Source: an uncultured Gemmatimonadales bacterium (GTDB lineage: Bacteria > Gemmatimonadota > Gemmatimonadetes > Gemmatimonadales > GWC2-71-9). Taken from it: 64,000 nt of DNA. This document shows positions 27,557-38,479 of this stretch, piece by piece. How positions within the stretch are numbered: position 1 is the stretch's first letter; each line of letters opens with the position of its first letter. The notes under the pieces are model-generated. The model ran no database searches. It was not told the DNA's origin and saw nothing but the letters and a program-made list of their open reading frames with translations. The translations under genes were made by a program, and so were the position numbers. The stretch covers positions 2,550,735 to 2,614,734 of the forward strand of contig CAWJWG010000001.1 of NCBI GenBank assembly GCA_963846545.1, given 5' to 3'.

Positions 27557-28407
27557 TGGAGGCGACGCACGCCTCGAGTCTCCGAGCCGACATCGAGCGT
27601 TTCGCGGCCGGCGTGCCGCCGGGCGAGGAACCGGAGGCGCTCGAGGTCTTCCGGGCGCTGAAGATCGAGCTCAACGCCGGTCGCGTACGGGCCGCCGAGC
27701 GTGTGGCCGACGGGACCTGGCGCGCGAATGCGTGGGTCAAGGCGGGCATCCTCCTCGGCTTCCGGCTGGGTCGCGTTACGGCCGCCGCAGGGGGTAGCCC
27801 GTTTCCCTTCTACGACAAGGACACCTACCCACTCCGCGCGTTCAACGCCGATGATGGCGTTCGGATCGTGCCGGGCGGTTCGGCCATTCGCGACGGATGC
27901 TTCGTGGCGCGCGGCGTGGTGTGCATGCCGCCGATGTACATCAACGTCGGGGCCTACGTGGACGAAGGCACCATGATCGACAGCCACGCGCTCGTGGGCT
28001 CCTGTGCTCAGATCGGGAAGCGCGTGCACCTCTCCGCCGCCGCCCAGATCGGAGGCGTGCTCGAGCCCGTCGGGGCGCTGCCTGTGGTGATCGAGGATGA
28101 CGCGCTGGTTGGCGGCAACTGCGGAGTCTACGAGGGAACCATCGTGCGGGAGCGGGCCGTGCTGGCACCGGGGACGGTGCTCACCGCCGGGACGGTCGTG
28201 TTCGATTTGGTGCACGATCGAACCTATCGTCGCGATGGCGACCGTCCGCTGGAGATCCCACGTGGCGCGGTCGTCGTGCCCGGCACCCGACCGGTGACGA
28301 GCGGCCCCGGTCGCGAGGCGGGGATCGCGCTCTACGCGCCCATCATCGTGAAGTACCGCGACGAGAAGACCGACACCGCGGTGCGCCTCGAGGACCTGCT
28401 GCGCTAG
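27556..28407 (+). CDS. dapD: Tetrahydrodipicolinate N-succinyltransferase
   Basis: GTG 27556, in frame with ORF 27370..28407. [31 protein letters not shown] closely matches E. coli DapD as I recall it. Confidence 0.9.
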   Translation: MEATHASSLRADIERFAAGVPPGEEPEALEVFRALKIELNAGRVRAAERVADGTWRANAWVKAGILLGFRLGRVTAAAGGSPFPFYDKDTYPLRAFNADDGVRIVPGGSAIRDGCFVARGVVCMPPMYINVGAYVDEGTMIDSHALVGSCAQIGKRVHLSAAAQIGGVLEPVGALPVVIEDDALVGGNCGVYEGTIVRERAVLAPGTVLTAGTVVFDLVHDRTYRRDGDRPLEIPRGAVVVPGTRPVTSGPGREAGIALYAPIIVKYRDEKTDTAVRLEDLLR

Positions 28408-28417
28408 CGGACGACCC

Positions 28418-28840
28418 ATGCCCACGCATACCCACTACCTCTGGTTCGAGACTCGGAAGCGGCAGGAGATCATCGACATCACCGATCAGGTCGCCGAGCA
28501 GGTGCGGGCGAGCGGGATCCGGGAGGGGATGGTCCTCGTGTCCGCCATGCACATCAGCGCGTCCGTGTTCGTGAACGACCACGAGTCCGGGCTGTGGCAG
28601 GACATCCTGACGTGGCTGGAGGGCACGATCGCACCATGGGACCCGGAGCGATACCGTCACAACGAGACCGGCGAGGACAACGCCGCGGCCCATCTGCGAA
28701 GCCTGACGGTGGGCCATGAGGTCATCGTGCCGATCACGGAGGGAAAGCTCGACTTCGGTCCCTGGCAGCGGGTGTTCTACGGGGAATGGGACGGTCAGCG
28801 CCGCAAGCGGGTCATCATCAAGGTCATGGGCGAGCGCTGA
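28418..28840 (+). CDS. yjbQ: YjbQ/UPF0047 family protein (secondary thiamine-phosphate synthase-like)
   Basis: 140-aa ORF with [25 protein letters not shown] and [17 protein letters not shown] motifs. Confidence 0.85.
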   Translation: MPTHTHYLWFETRKRQEIIDITDQVAEQVRASGIREGMVLVSAMHISASVFVNDHESGLWQDILTWLEGTIAPWDPERYRHNETGEDNAAAHLRSLTVGHEVIVPITEGKLDFGPWQRVFYGEWDGQRRKRVIIKVMGER

Positions 28841-30674
28841 CCGTCAGCGTGCGCTGGACGTCGCTGCCGACGACGGTGCCGGAGAGCTCGGGTTTCCTCG
28901 ATCTGGTGCCCGGCGTCCAGCGTACGGTGGTGCGTCCTTCGACGTCGGTCAGGCCCCGCGCCGGGGTCACCGTACCACTCGAGGGTTTGAACAGCACCGT
29001 TTGTCCGCCCAGCGGGTTGCCGTACCCGTCGGTCACCTCCACCACCAGCGGCTTGGGGAGCGGCTTCCCTGCTCTGGCCACCTCGGGCGGGGCCACAAAC
29101 GCGAGCTTGGCCGCCTTGCCCGGCCGCGCCAGTGCGGTCACCTCGGTGCCCACGCTGTCTCCGTCCAGGCGGACCTCCAGTCGCTGCAGCCCTCCGGTTC
29201 GACCCAACGTCCACCGGATCTTCGCCTGGCCCAGCGAATCGCTGAGGACCCTCCCTTCGGCCGCCTTGCCTGCGAACGCCTCCACGTGGATCGCGGCTCC
29301 CTGTGCCGGATTGCCGTGCCGGTCCAGCACGCGCAGCACGACCGGCAGCTTCAGCGCCGTGCCCACGGTGCCGAGCTGTCGGTCTCCCGACTTCACCGTC
29401 ACCACGGCGGCCGGACCCGTCGTCGCCATTGCGATGGCGGTGATCGGCGGGAGGATGCGCGCGGGGCCCACCTGAATCCGGGCGCGCTGTCGGCCCGCCC
29501 TCGCGCCGAGCGTCCACACCGCGCGCGCCTCGCCGAGCGTATCGGTGCGAGTCGTGACCGCGGTCAGAGCACCACCGTCCAGCGCACTCCACGTCACCGG
29601 CACGTCGGCTAGCGCGGATCCCAGCGAATCGCTCACCCGCACGGCGACCGGCTCGTGCAACGTGTCGCCCACTTCCCCGGTCGTCTTCGTGGCGAGCAAG
29701 ACCAGCTTGGTGTTGGCCGGCACCGGGTCCGCCTCAGCCGCGAGGGCAGGCGCGATCTCCACGCCTTTTACCGATACCGTGAGTTGCTGCCGGCCGGGCG
29801 TGTCGCCCAGGCGCCATGAGCTCCGCACCATCCCGCGCGAGTCGGATGTGTCGACCGTCGGGTCCGCCGCCCCATCTGTCGCCACCGATGTGAACGTCGC
29901 GGGAACGCCCGCCATCGGCCGTCCGGTGCGGGAGACGATCTGCGCGGACACCGGCACCGGCAGCACCCGGCCCGCCGGTCCGTGCTGACCTTCGCCGCCA
30001 AGCACCGTGATCGAGCTCGGGACGGGAACCACCTCGACCGCGAGCGACCGGAGAAGCGGTCCCGCGGCGGCCGACACCGCGCTCCGGCCCGGCGTCACAC
30101 CGACGACCTCGCTGCCCTGGATCACGGCGATGGCCGGATCGGTCGCGGTCCAGCTCACCTCGGCCCCCACGATCGGATTGCCACGGGCATCGGCCACGTG
30201 CGCCGTCAGCGCCGCGCGCTGACTTTCGGGCACGGCCACGACCGTATCGTCCATCTCGAGTGAGGCCGGCACTTGGTGAACTACGATCCGCGAACGCGCC
30301 TCCACCTGTCCGACTCGCACGACGATCGCGGTGGCGCCAGGGCCTTGTGCCGTGACGGTGCCCGCCTGGGAAACGAGCGCCACGGTGGGATCGCCGGTGG
30401 TCCACGCCGGGACGATCCCCATGAGGACGGTGCCGCTGGAGTCGGTCACCACCGCGGCGAGTTGAATGGTGTCGCCGATCGCCTCGGCGGTGTCCACCGC
30501 GGGACCGAGAGTGACCGTGTGCGCGCGCAACGCGGCGACCGCGGCCGCGCCGGGCATCGCGATGCCGGCCGAGCTGGTGTAGCTCAGGATGGACGCGAGC
30601 GCGGCACCCCCTGAGAGGGCAGCCGCACCGACCCGCGCCGCTCCAGCCGTCCAGCGTGGCTTGGCCGCGGTCAC
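28824..30674 (-). CDS. Cell-surface protein with multiple bacterial Ig-like (Big_2/Big_1-type) domains
   Basis: 616-aa ORF with an N-terminal hydrophobic anchor/signal. Repeated modules of about 90 aa (..A.V.D..GN.I.GA.V.W...DP..A.V...G.V.A...G.A.I..). Confidence 0.7.
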   Translation of the reverse strand: MTAAKPRWTAGAARVGAAALSGGAALASILSYTSSAGIAMPGAAAVAALRAHTVTLGPAVDTAEAIGDTIQLAAVVTDSSGTVLMGIVPAWTTGDPTVALVSQAGTVTAQGPGATAIVVRVGQVEARSRIVVHQVPASLEMDDTVVAVPESQRAALTAHVADARGNPIVGAEVSWTATDPAIAVIQGSEVVGVTPGRSAVSAAAGPLLRSLAVEVVPVPSSITVLGGEGQHGPAGRVLPVPVSAQIVSRTGRPMAGVPATFTSVATDGAADPTVDTSDSRGMVRSSWRLGDTPGRQQLTVSVKGVEIAPALAAEADPVPANTKLVLLATKTTGEVGDTLHEPVAVRVSDSLGSALADVPVTWSALDGGALTAVTTRTDTLGEARAVWTLGARAGRQRARIQVGPARILPPITAIAMATTGPAAVVTVKSGDRQLGTVGTALKLPVVLRVLDRHGNPAQGAAIHVEAFAGKAAEGRVLSDSLGQAKIRWTLGRTGGLQRLEVRLDGDSVGTEVTALARPGKAAKLAFVAPPEVARAGKPLPKPLVVEVTDGYGNPLGGQTVLFKPSSGTVTPARGLTDVEGRTTVRWTPGTRSRKPELSGTVVGSDVQRTLTVSARP

Positions 30675-31096
30675 CGCATGCGATCGCAGAGCGGCACCCG
30701 TTCCTCCCCCGCCATCTCCCGATCGCCGTCCGTGCGCGGCGCCTCGTTGCCCTCGAGCCGGCCGACGAAGATGACGCAGCTGCGCCCGGGCTGCTCCATG
30801 TGTCGCGCCCGGGCCTGGTAGCCCGACGGGCCCGCCACGAGGATCTCCAGGTGGACCCCCGGGAAGGGCGGAAGCCGGAGGAGGTCGACCGTCGGTGCGA
30901 AGCTGCCCGCCCGCGCCTGGTATCGGGTCTGCGCCGCCACGACCGAGCGGAGCGCGCCCTTCAACTGAGCGGCATGGCTCGGCCGAGCCGCGAGGGTCTG
31001 CGCCTGCGCGGTGGACTGGGCGGCCGCTGGCGTGCCGAGGCCCAGCAGGCCGAGCGTGACCAGCGATGCGTAGCGCCCCTTCCGGAACACGGTCAT
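30671..31096 (-). CDS. Small secreted hypothetical protein (pilin-globular-domain-like pattern)
   Basis: ORF 30671..31519, trimmed to the ATG giving signal peptide MTVFRKGRYASLVTLGLLGLGTPAAAQ. The stop overlaps the start of the Ig-like protein gene. Confidence 0.5.
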   Translation of the reverse strand: MTVFRKGRYASLVTLGLLGLGTPAAAQSTAQAQTLAARPSHAAQLKGALRSVVAAQTRYQARAGSFAPTVDLLRLPPFPGVHLEILVAGPSGYQARARHMEQPGRSCVIFVGRLEGNEAPRTDGDREMAGEERVPLCDRMR

Positions 31097-31391
31097 CGAG
31101 CCCTCCAGAGAAGCCTCCTGCCGATGCGGGTGGCGGGCGGTCGGACGGCGACCGACGAGCCGCGGGGATCGACCGCGCTCGTCAATACACCACCCGCCGC
31201 CCGCCAATGGCGCGGCTGCGATCAAACTGTCAACGATGGAAAGGCTGGATTCCAGTCTGGGAAGGCGGAGCGCAACGCACAATCCGCAGGAAGCGGACAG
31301 TGTCGTGGTTTTGGACGCGCCGAGCACCAATCTGCGCGCCGTGCCAGTCGCTGCAGGGCCCAGGGGGAGCGGCGGGCGCGTGACGGATTGT

Positions 31392-33047
31392 CTACATGGA
31401 CCGGTACTTGGGGCCGCTGCCGCCCTCTCGCGGCGTCCACCGCGGGCCAAGGACGTCGGTGGCCTTGCAGTCGATACAGTTCGGTGCGTTGACGCGAAGC
31501 TCGTCGCCCACCCGCTCATAGACCCCGGCGGGACACACGTGGGTGTAAAACTCGGCCACCTCGGCGCTGACGTCGGGTCCGACGAGGAGGTGGGAGGGAA
31601 TCGTGTCGCGGGTGGCGTTCCCCGACTTGAACACCGCGTCGAGCTTGCTGAACGTCAGCTTTCCGTCGGCGACGAACGGTGTGGAGGGCTCGACACGCCG
31701 CGGGGTCGCGGCGTCTTCGGGCATGTCGATCCGGCCGCCGAACATCTTCCCGCCGGTCAAGGTCATCAACCCGGCCTTGAAGCCGCCGAGATAGAGCCCG
31801 TCCTTGAACGCGAGGCGCATGTTCCTCGTCTTGAACATATCCGCCGAGATGTAACTCTCGTCCACCATGCGGTCGTAGTCGGCGAGGCGGGCGCCGGAGA
31901 CATCCGCCGCCTTGAGCGCCGCGAACGTCGCGCGCGCGGCGTAGATGCCGGACTGCATCGCGTAGTGGATCCCCTTCAGCGACGGCACGTCCACGAATCC
32001 CACCGCGTCCCCGATCAGCACCACGCCGTCGCCGCTCCGCCGCTCCGGCAGCGCGTGGTAGCCCCCCTCGGGGATGGTCTTGGCCCCCCACTCGAGCAGC
32101 TCACCGCCGTCGAGATGGGGATGGAAGAGCGGGTGCAGCTTCATCCGCTGCAGCAGCTCGTGGATATCGAGGTTGGCGTCGTGGTAGTCCAGGCCCACGA
32201 CGATGCCGAGCGCGATCTGCGTCGGCCCGAGGGGATACATGAAGCTCCCGCCGAACGCGTCGTCCGGAAGCGGCCAGCCGAGCGTGTGCACGACGGTGTC
32301 GAGGGGCCGCTTGGTCTGCCAGACCTCCTTCACGCCGAGCGCGAAGATCTGCGGGTTCGGCGAGCCGACCCGCTGCCACTCGCGCCAGCCCTGGCTCAGC
32401 AGTCCCCGCGTCCCCTCGGCGATCACCGTCACCTTGCCGGTGAGATCGGTCGGCTCCGCGTAGTCGCCGGTGGGCTTGCCCTCGCGGTCGAGCCCCGAGG
32501 GCGTGGTGCGCACCCCGCGCACTGCGTCGCCCTCCACCAGCAGGGCATCCACCGGAAATCCGGCGAACAGGTTCACGCCCATGGCTTCGGCGCGCTCGCC
32601 CAGCCAGCGCACGATCTCACAGAGCGACGCGGTGTAGTAGCCCGCGTTGTGCATTGTCGGCGGGGTCGGGATCCGTTGCGCGCGGCTCTCGGTGAGGAAG
32701 TAGACCGCCTCGCCACCCACCGGCTGCCGGAACGGGAAGTCGCTGGGATTGACGTCCGGAAACAGCTCGCGGAAGGCGCGCGGATTGACCACCGCGCCCG
32801 ATAGGCTGTGCTCGCCGAGGGCGCCGGCCTTCTCCAGCACGGCGATGCCCAGCTCACCCAGACCGCCGCCGGACTCCTGGTCCAGCTTCGACAGCCGCGA
32901 CAGCTCGATCGCGCAGGCGAGGCCCGCCGGGCCACCGCCGACGATCACCACGTCCATCTCGATGGCCTCGGATCCCGGTGGATCGGTCCGGATCACCTGA
33001 TCGAGGGGAATCGGGCGCTGGTGGCGAAGGGGCAGGATGGTCGGCAC
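31392..33047 (-). CDS. Electron-transfer flavoprotein:ubiquinone oxidoreductase (ETF-QO)
   Basis: 551-aa ORF with DVVIVGGGPAGL (FAD) and a C-terminal ferredoxin-like CPAGVYE..NCIDCKA. Confidence 0.9.
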   Translation of the reverse strand: MPTILPLRHQRPIPLDQVIRTDPPGSEAIEMDVVIVGGGPAGLACAIELSRLSKLDQESGGGLGELGIAVLEKAGALGEHSLSGAVVNPRAFRELFPDVNPSDFPFRQPVGGEAVYFLTESRAQRIPTPPTMHNAGYYTASLCEIVRWLGERAEAMGVNLFAGFPVDALLVEGDAVRGVRTTPSGLDREGKPTGDYAEPTDLTGKVTVIAEGTRGLLSQGWREWQRVGSPNPQIFALGVKEVWQTKRPLDTVVHTLGWPLPDDAFGGSFMYPLGPTQIALGIVVGLDYHDANLDIHELLQRMKLHPLFHPHLDGGELLEWGAKTIPEGGYHALPERRSGDGVVLIGDAVGFVDVPSLKGIHYAMQSGIYAARATFAALKAADVSGARLADYDRMVDESYISADMFKTRNMRLAFKDGLYLGGFKAGLMTLTGGKMFGGRIDMPEDAATPRRVEPSTPFVADGKLTFSKLDAVFKSGNATRDTIPSHLLVGPDVSAEVAEFYTHVCPAGVYERVGDELRVNAPNCIDCKATDVLGPRWTPREGGSGPKYRSM

Positions 33048-33107
33048 GGGCGAAATATAACCCTCGCCCTTCCGCGTCCCGACCGTCTCCCGCTACGCTT
33101 CCCGCCT

Positions 33108-34391
33108 ATGCCCACGCCCCCGATCCCCGGCTTCCGTCCCGTGCCGTTCACCGGCGTCATCTTCGTGATGGCGGAGGCCGGCAAGCTGGGCTATCGCTAC
33201 GGGCATCCCGACTGGTGCAACCTCGGCCAGGGACAGCCGGAGACGGGCGAGCTGCCGGGTGCCCCGCCCCGGGTGCAGCAGGTGACGATCGGCGTGGACG
33301 ATCAGGACTATGCGCCGGTGCCGGGCATCTGGGAGCTGCGGCGCGCGGTGGCCGAGCTGTACAACCGTCTGTACCGGAGCGGGAAGCGCTCGCAGTACAG
33401 CGAGCACAATGTCTGCATCTGCGGGGGAGGCCGCGCCTCGCTCACCCGCGCCGTCGCGGCGCTGGGGCAGATCAACCTCGGCCACTTCCTGCCCGACTAC
33501 ACGGCCTACGAGGAGCTGCTCGACATCTTCAAGCTCTTCACCTCGATCCCCATCCTGCTCGACGGACGCGAGGGCTACCACTTCAGTCCTAACCACCTGC
33601 GCGAGGAGATCACCGGACGCGGCCTCTCGGCGGTCCTGCTCTCCAACCCCTGCAACCCCACGGGCCGGGTGATCGCCGACGAGGAGCTGGCCGGCTGGGT
33701 CGCGGTGGCCCGCGACCTCGGCTGCTCGCTCCTCATCGACGAGTTCTACTCGCACTACGTCTGGCGGGAGACCGCCGACGGCAACGGCCTCGTCTCCGCG
33801 GCGCGCTACGTGGAGAACGTGGACAAGGACCCGGTGGTGCTTTTCGACGGGCTGACCAAGAACTGGCGCTATCCCGGGTGGCGCTGCAGCTGGATCGTAG
33901 GACCGCGGCAGGTGATCGAGGCCGTGTCGAGCAGCGGCTCGTTCCTGGACGGCGGCGGGAGCAAGCCGCTCCAGCGCTCCGCGGTCCCGCTGCTCGCGCC
34001 CACCGTGGTGGAGGCGGAGACGGCGGCGATCCGAGATGCGTTCCTCAAGAAGCGCGATCTGATGGCCGACGGACTCAAGCGGGCGGGCGTCCGGTTCGAT
34101 CTCGAGCCCGAAGGCACGTTCTATTGCTGGGGGGACATCTCGACGCTTCCGCCGACGATCAACGACGGAATGTCGTTCTTTCGCGCGGCGCTGGAACGGA
34201 AAGTGATCTGCGTACCCGGGGAGTTCTTCGATGTGAATCCCGGCAAGCGGCGGAGCGGGCGCCCCTCACGCTTCCGGCACTACGTGCGCTTCTCCTTCGG
34301 ACCGGACGAAGCCACCGTAGTGGAAGGCGTCCGGCGAATCGAGGAGCTGGTCCTCAGTGCCCCGCCCGCGCCTTCCTCACCTCCTCGGTGA
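33108..34391 (+). CDS. Class I/II PLP-dependent aminotransferase
   Basis: ATG 33108, in frame with ORF 32808..34391. NLGQGQP, LSNPCNPTG and DEFYSHY motifs, with a KNW.YPGWR Lys region. Confidence 0.8.
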   Translation: MPTPPIPGFRPVPFTGVIFVMAEAGKLGYRYGHPDWCNLGQGQPETGELPGAPPRVQQVTIGVDDQDYAPVPGIWELRRAVAELYNRLYRSGKRSQYSEHNVCICGGGRASLTRAVAALGQINLGHFLPDYTAYEELLDIFKLFTSIPILLDGREGYHFSPNHLREEITGRGLSAVLLSNPCNPTGRVIADEELAGWVAVARDLGCSLLIDEFYSHYVWRETADGNGLVSAARYVENVDKDPVVLFDGLTKNWRYPGWRCSWIVGPRQVIEAVSSSGSFLDGGGSKPLQRSAVPLLAPTVVEAETAAIRDAFLKKRDLMADGLKRAGVRFDLEPEGTFYCWGDISTLPPTINDGMSFFRAALERKVICVPGEFFDVNPGKRRSGRPSRFRHYVRFSFGPDEATVVEGVRRIEELVLSAPPAPSSPPR

Positions 34392-35343
34392 GTCGCGGCA
34401 CGATCTCGAACAGGTCCCCTACGATCCCGTAGTCCGCGATCTTGAAGATCGGCGCGTCCTTGTCCTTGTTGATCGCGACGATCGTCTTCGCGGTTCGCAT
34501 CCCGGCGAGATGCTGAATCGCCCCGGAGATGCCGAGCGCAACGTAGAGATCCGGACTCACCACCCGTCCGGTCTGGCCGATCTGATCGGTGGACGGGCGC
34601 CACCCGTCATCGGTCACGGCGCGGGTGGCGCCGACCGCGGCGTTTCCGAATGCGTCCGCCAGCTCTTCCACCAGCTTGAAGTGCTCCGCCGCCCGGAGTC
34701 CTCTCCCACCGCTCACGATCACCGGTGCCTCGCCCAGGTCCAGCTTTGCACCGCCGCGCTGCGCGGTCTCCGTCACGGTCACCCTGGCCGAGGCGGGATC
34801 CAGGGCCGGCGCCGCGGTCTCGACCCTCGCCGTCCGGGGCTGCTCCGCGGCGGTGATCGCGCCGGGACGAAGTGACATCAGCGCCGGCGATCCGGTGAGC
34901 CGGAGCGTCACGATCACTTTGCCGGTGTAGGCAGGATGGCGCGCGAGCACCGCATCGCCCTGGATCTCGAAGTCGGTCACGTCGGACGCGAGACTGACGC
35001 CGAGCCGCGCGGCGACGCGGGGGGCGAGGTCGCGGCCCTGCGCCGATGCCGGGAAGAACGCCGCGCGATAGCCGCCGGCGCGAATTCGCTGTTCCGCCGT
35101 CGCGGCGGCCACCTCCGGGCTGTAGCGCTCCAGCGCGGGATCCTCCACGACGACGACAAGGTCGGCACCGTAGCGGCCCAGCTCCTCGGCACGCGCGGCG
35201 ATGCCGGGCGCGCCGAGAACCAGCGCGTGTACTTCACCGCCGCCCGTCGCATCCGCCGCCTGGCGCGCGGCGGTCACCGCCTCGAAGGCCACCTTGCGCA
35301 GCGCGCCATCGCGGGACTCGGCGAACGCGAATGTCGCGGCCAT
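34354..35343 (-). CDS. etfA: Electron transfer flavoprotein subunit alpha
   Basis: 329-aa ORF. VSGGRG, PDLYVALGISGAIQHLAGM and IVAINKD are the ETF-alpha FAD signature. Confidence 0.9.
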   Translation of the reverse strand: MAATFAFAESRDGALRKVAFEAVTAARQAADATGGGEVHALVLGAPGIAARAEELGRYGADLVVVVEDPALERYSPEVAAATAEQRIRAGGYRAAFFPASAQGRDLAPRVAARLGVSLASDVTDFEIQGDAVLARHPAYTGKVIVTLRLTGSPALMSLRPGAITAAEQPRTARVETAAPALDPASARVTVTETAQRGGAKLDLGEAPVIVSGGRGLRAAEHFKLVEELADAFGNAAVGATRAVTDDGWRPSTDQIGQTGRVVSPDLYVALGISGAIQHLAGMRTAKTIVAINKDKDAPIFKIADYGIVGDLFEIVPRLTEEVRKARAGH

Positions 35344-36095
35344 CAGAGCACTTTCGCTTCCGTGCGGAGCAGCCGGATGAGCTCGGGCACCGCGTCCGCG
35401 CCTTCGCCCACGATGCGCCCGCCGGTGCGCTCCGGTGGAAGCGCCATGCTCTCTACGGTCAGGCTGACCTTGCCGAGCTGGGCGGGGCGGACATCGAGCG
35501 GCTTCTTCTTGGCCGCCATGATGCCCTTGAGCGTGGCGAGTCGCGGCCGCGCAATGCCTTCGTCGATGGTGAGCACGGCAGGGAGGGGAAACCGCACCGT
35601 CTCGGTGGCGCCCTCGAGATCGCGGTGCGCGGTGCCGCGTCCGTCGGCCAGCTCGAGATGGGATATGGCGGTGACGCAGGGGAGATCGAGGAGCTGAGCC
35701 GTCATGGCGCCGACCGTGCCGCTCGCGGTGTCGGTGGCCATCCGGCCGAAGAGAATCAGATCGTACGCTCCGTCCCGGAGCTCGGCCGCGAGTGCGGTCG
35801 CGATCGCGAGACCGTCCACCGGCACTTCGTCCGCCTTGAGCTGCACGGCCCGGGTGGCGCCCATCGCCAGCGCCTTCCGCAGCGTCTCCTGCACCCCGTC
35901 GGGGCCGATGCAGATGACGGCGACTTCGCCCGACCCGGCCCGCTCGACCTGCTGGAGGCCCACCTCGAGCGCGTAGCCGTCGAAATCGCTGATCTCGTAC
36001 TTCAGCCCCGCCTGGTCCAACGACTTGCGGTCCGCGGCGATGGAGAAACGCAGCTCCATCTCCGGCACCCGCTTCATGCAGACTGCGATCTTCAC
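35343..36095 (-). CDS. etfB: Electron transfer flavoprotein subunit beta
   Basis: 250-aa ORF with MKIAVCMKRVP, LILFGRMATD and GIARPRLATLKGIMAAKKKP. Confidence 0.9.
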   Translation of the reverse strand: MKIAVCMKRVPEMELRFSIAADRKSLDQAGLKYEISDFDGYALEVGLQQVERAGSGEVAVICIGPDGVQETLRKALAMGATRAVQLKADEVPVDGLAIATALAAELRDGAYDLILFGRMATDTASGTVGAMTAQLLDLPCVTAISHLELADGRGTAHRDLEGATETVRFPLPAVLTIDEGIARPRLATLKGIMAAKKKPLDVRPAQLGKVSLTVESMALPPERTGGRIVGEGADAVPELIRLLRTEAKVL

Positions 36096-36202
36096 CGCGC
36101 GCTCCCGGCCTCGGTCCTGGTCCGCCCTCGAACTGGCGGCAAAGCTAGTCGAGGCCGGATCGAGCCGCCAGCACGCGGACCGCTACACCGACGACACCTT
36201 GG

Positions 36203-38446
36203 TCAATCCAAATCCTCTACGCCGCCAGCCTGGCGCGAGCCGCCGAGCGAGGTCCGGACGATGAGGCGGAACATGCGCTCCGCGCCGGGCGACAAGAAGC
36301 GCTCGACCGCGGGGCCGCCCGGATTTCCCTGATTGATGTTGAACGTGCCGAAGATGGCGTAGCGGTTCTGAAAGACGTTCGTGACCACACCGCTGATCTC
36401 CCATCGGTCGAACTCCACACCGACTCGGGCATCCACCACGACGTAGTCGTCGAGCTCCGACGTGACGTTCGCCTCATCGCCCCGCAGCCACAGCTTGCCG
36501 GTATACCGGCCGTCGGCGCCGACGTAGAAGAACCGGCCGATCTGCGCCCGGGCACCGGCCTTGATGATGTGATCGGGCACCAGCGGCAGTCGGTCGCCGG
36601 GCTCCGCTTCGTTCTCGGTGGGGAAGGGATTCTCGATCTCCTCGCCCTCCTCCTCCGTCACCCCGCGGATGCTGAAGAGGTCGGCCTCGCTCTGGAAGGT
36701 GGCGCGAGTGAAGCCATAGTTGAGGTAGAAGCGGTGACCCTGGAGAAACCGGTAGGCCGCGCCGAGCTCGAAGCCGACGCGCCGGGTCTTGTCGAGGTTG
36801 ATGAAATAGCCGTCGATCGTGCTGCCCGACGGCTCCTCGCCGCCGTACGGAGTGAGGAAGATGTCGTTCCGCACGTTCGAGTGGTACACCGAGCCGTCGA
36901 GCGCCAGGTTCGCCGTGGCGTAGCGGAAGCCCGCCTCGATCGTGGTCACCTTGACCGGCTCGAGCGGGGGGTCGTCGCCCAGCGCGAAGGGCAGCGGGCA
37001 CGGCGACTCGGGGTCGGCGCAGGCGTTCTCGATCACCGCCGGCGCCCGGAAAGTCTTGCCCCATGACGCGAAGACGGACGCCCCCGGGGCGACCTCCACG
37101 CTGGCCCCGACCCGCGGGTTGAACTGCTTGTAGATCCCGACCGTATCGGCGCTCGGATCGAGCAGGTTCTCGTAGGGCAGGCGGATGTAGTCGTATCGGG
37201 CGCCGGCGGAGAGGGTCGCCGGCCCGGTGGTCAGATCCGCCATCACGAACGGCGCCAGATCCCAGAGGGGGCTCCTCGCCTGGGTAGTGAGGGTGCGCTC
37301 GCCGCCGAACTTGATCGAGTCGGCGAAGATGTCGATGTGCACCCGGCTGACGCTGCCGTCCACGCCGCCGCGCAGGTTGAGGGCGACGTTGTCGTTGAGC
37401 AGCTTGACCCACCGGTAGTCGGCGGTATACCCGAACGTCGAGTTGTAGGAAATGCCGAAGACGTCCGGATCCTCGGGCTGGTTGGCGTTGAAGCGCTCCG
37501 CGCGGTGCCGGCGGAAGTAGGCCGTCGCCGACGCCTTCCCCGACCCCACCTGCTTGTAGGCCTGCAGCGACCCCTGGAACTGCCAGAGATCCTCGTAGTC
37601 TTCCGCGCTTAGATTGGAGTCGGCGCTGGTCTCGAAGATCGTCTCCGGAAGAGAGCCCGCCGTCTCCGCGAAGGAGTTGCCATACAGCGCCTGGAACCTG
37701 ACGCCGCTGGTGGCGCCGAGCTTCCCAAGATTGATGAATCCGCTGTACTGCTTGGCCGAGGTGACCTGCCGCCAGCCGTCCTCGCGGTTGTAGTTCCCGC
37801 CCACGTACCAGTCCATGCCGCCCGAGGTCACGCCCGAGAGGTTGCTCTCTCCCCGAAATAACCCGAAGCTGCCGCCGGAGAGCTCGACGTTTGCGCGGGG
37901 CCGACCCTCCCCCCGCCCGGTCACGAGGTTGATCGCTCCCCCCAGGGCGTTGCGCCCGAGCAGTGAGCCGTTCCCCGAGAGCACCTCGATGCGCTGGATG
38001 TGGTCCATGGGAAGGAGATCGAAGTTGATCTGCGAGGCCTCGGGCTCATTCATACGGACGCCGTCCAGGAAGACCGCCACGCCCTGAGGCAGGCCGACCA
38101 CCGGGGAGGAGTAGAAGCCCCGGGAGCTGATGTTGAGCTTGTAGGGGCTGCCCAGGTCGTCGTACGTCGAGACGCCCGCCACCTGGCGTAGCGCGTCGGA
38201 GAGGACCCGTGGCTCGTAGGCGTCCACATCCTCGGCGCCGAGGATGGTGACCCGCGCCGGCACCCCGGAGCCCACTGTCGGGCCGGCGCTGGGCCGAATG
38301 CTGCCCACTACTTCGATCGGTGGAAGCTCGAAGGCCGTGCTGTCCTTCGTGGTGTCGGCCACCTGGGCCTGGGCGGCGGAGGCCGCGAGGAGGCCGCCGA
38401 TCACGAACACACCTGTCGTCATGCACGCACCTGCCCGATTCATCAA
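36203..38446 (-). CDS. TonB-dependent outer-membrane receptor
   Basis: 747-aa ORF with a signal peptide, a plug region (IEVLSGNGSLLGRNALGGAINLVT) and a long beta-barrel. There is no N-terminal signalling extension before the plug. Confidence 0.85.
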   Translation of the reverse strand: MMNRAGACMTTGVFVIGGLLAASAAQAQVADTTKDSTAFELPPIEVVGSIRPSAGPTVGSGVPARVTILGAEDVDAYEPRVLSDALRQVAGVSTYDDLGSPYKLNISSRGFYSSPVVGLPQGVAVFLDGVRMNEPEASQINFDLLPMDHIQRIEVLSGNGSLLGRNALGGAINLVTGRGEGRPRANVELSGGSFGLFRGESNLSGVTSGGMDWYVGGNYNREDGWRQVTSAKQYSGFINLGKLGATSGVRFQALYGNSFAETAGSLPETIFETSADSNLSAEDYEDLWQFQGSLQAYKQVGSGKASATAYFRRHRAERFNANQPEDPDVFGISYNSTFGYTADYRWVKLLNDNVALNLRGGVDGSVSRVHIDIFADSIKFGGERTLTTQARSPLWDLAPFVMADLTTGPATLSAGARYDYIRLPYENLLDPSADTVGIYKQFNPRVGASVEVAPGASVFASWGKTFRAPAVIENACADPESPCPLPFALGDDPPLEPVKVTTIEAGFRYATANLALDGSVYHSNVRNDIFLTPYGGEEPSGSTIDGYFINLDKTRRVGFELGAAYRFLQGHRFYLNYGFTRATFQSEADLFSIRGVTEEEGEEIENPFPTENEAEPGDRLPLVPDHIIKAGARAQIGRFFYVGADGRYTGKLWLRGDEANVTSELDDYVVVDARVGVEFDRWEISGVVTNVFQNRYAIFGTFNINQGNPGGPAVERFLSPGAERMFRLIVRTSLGGSRQAGGVEDLD

Positions 38447-38479
38447 CCGGTACTCCTCGAGTGGGGGACCCGCGGGAGC

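Noticed and set aside
31279-31391. Inverted repeats (ACAATCCG/CGGATTGT and CGCGCC/GGCGCG) just downstream of the ETF-QO stop
   Set aside because: The arms are only 6-8 bp, the geometry is asymmetric, and there is no U-tract. This is about chance expectation in 300 bp of GC-rich DNA.
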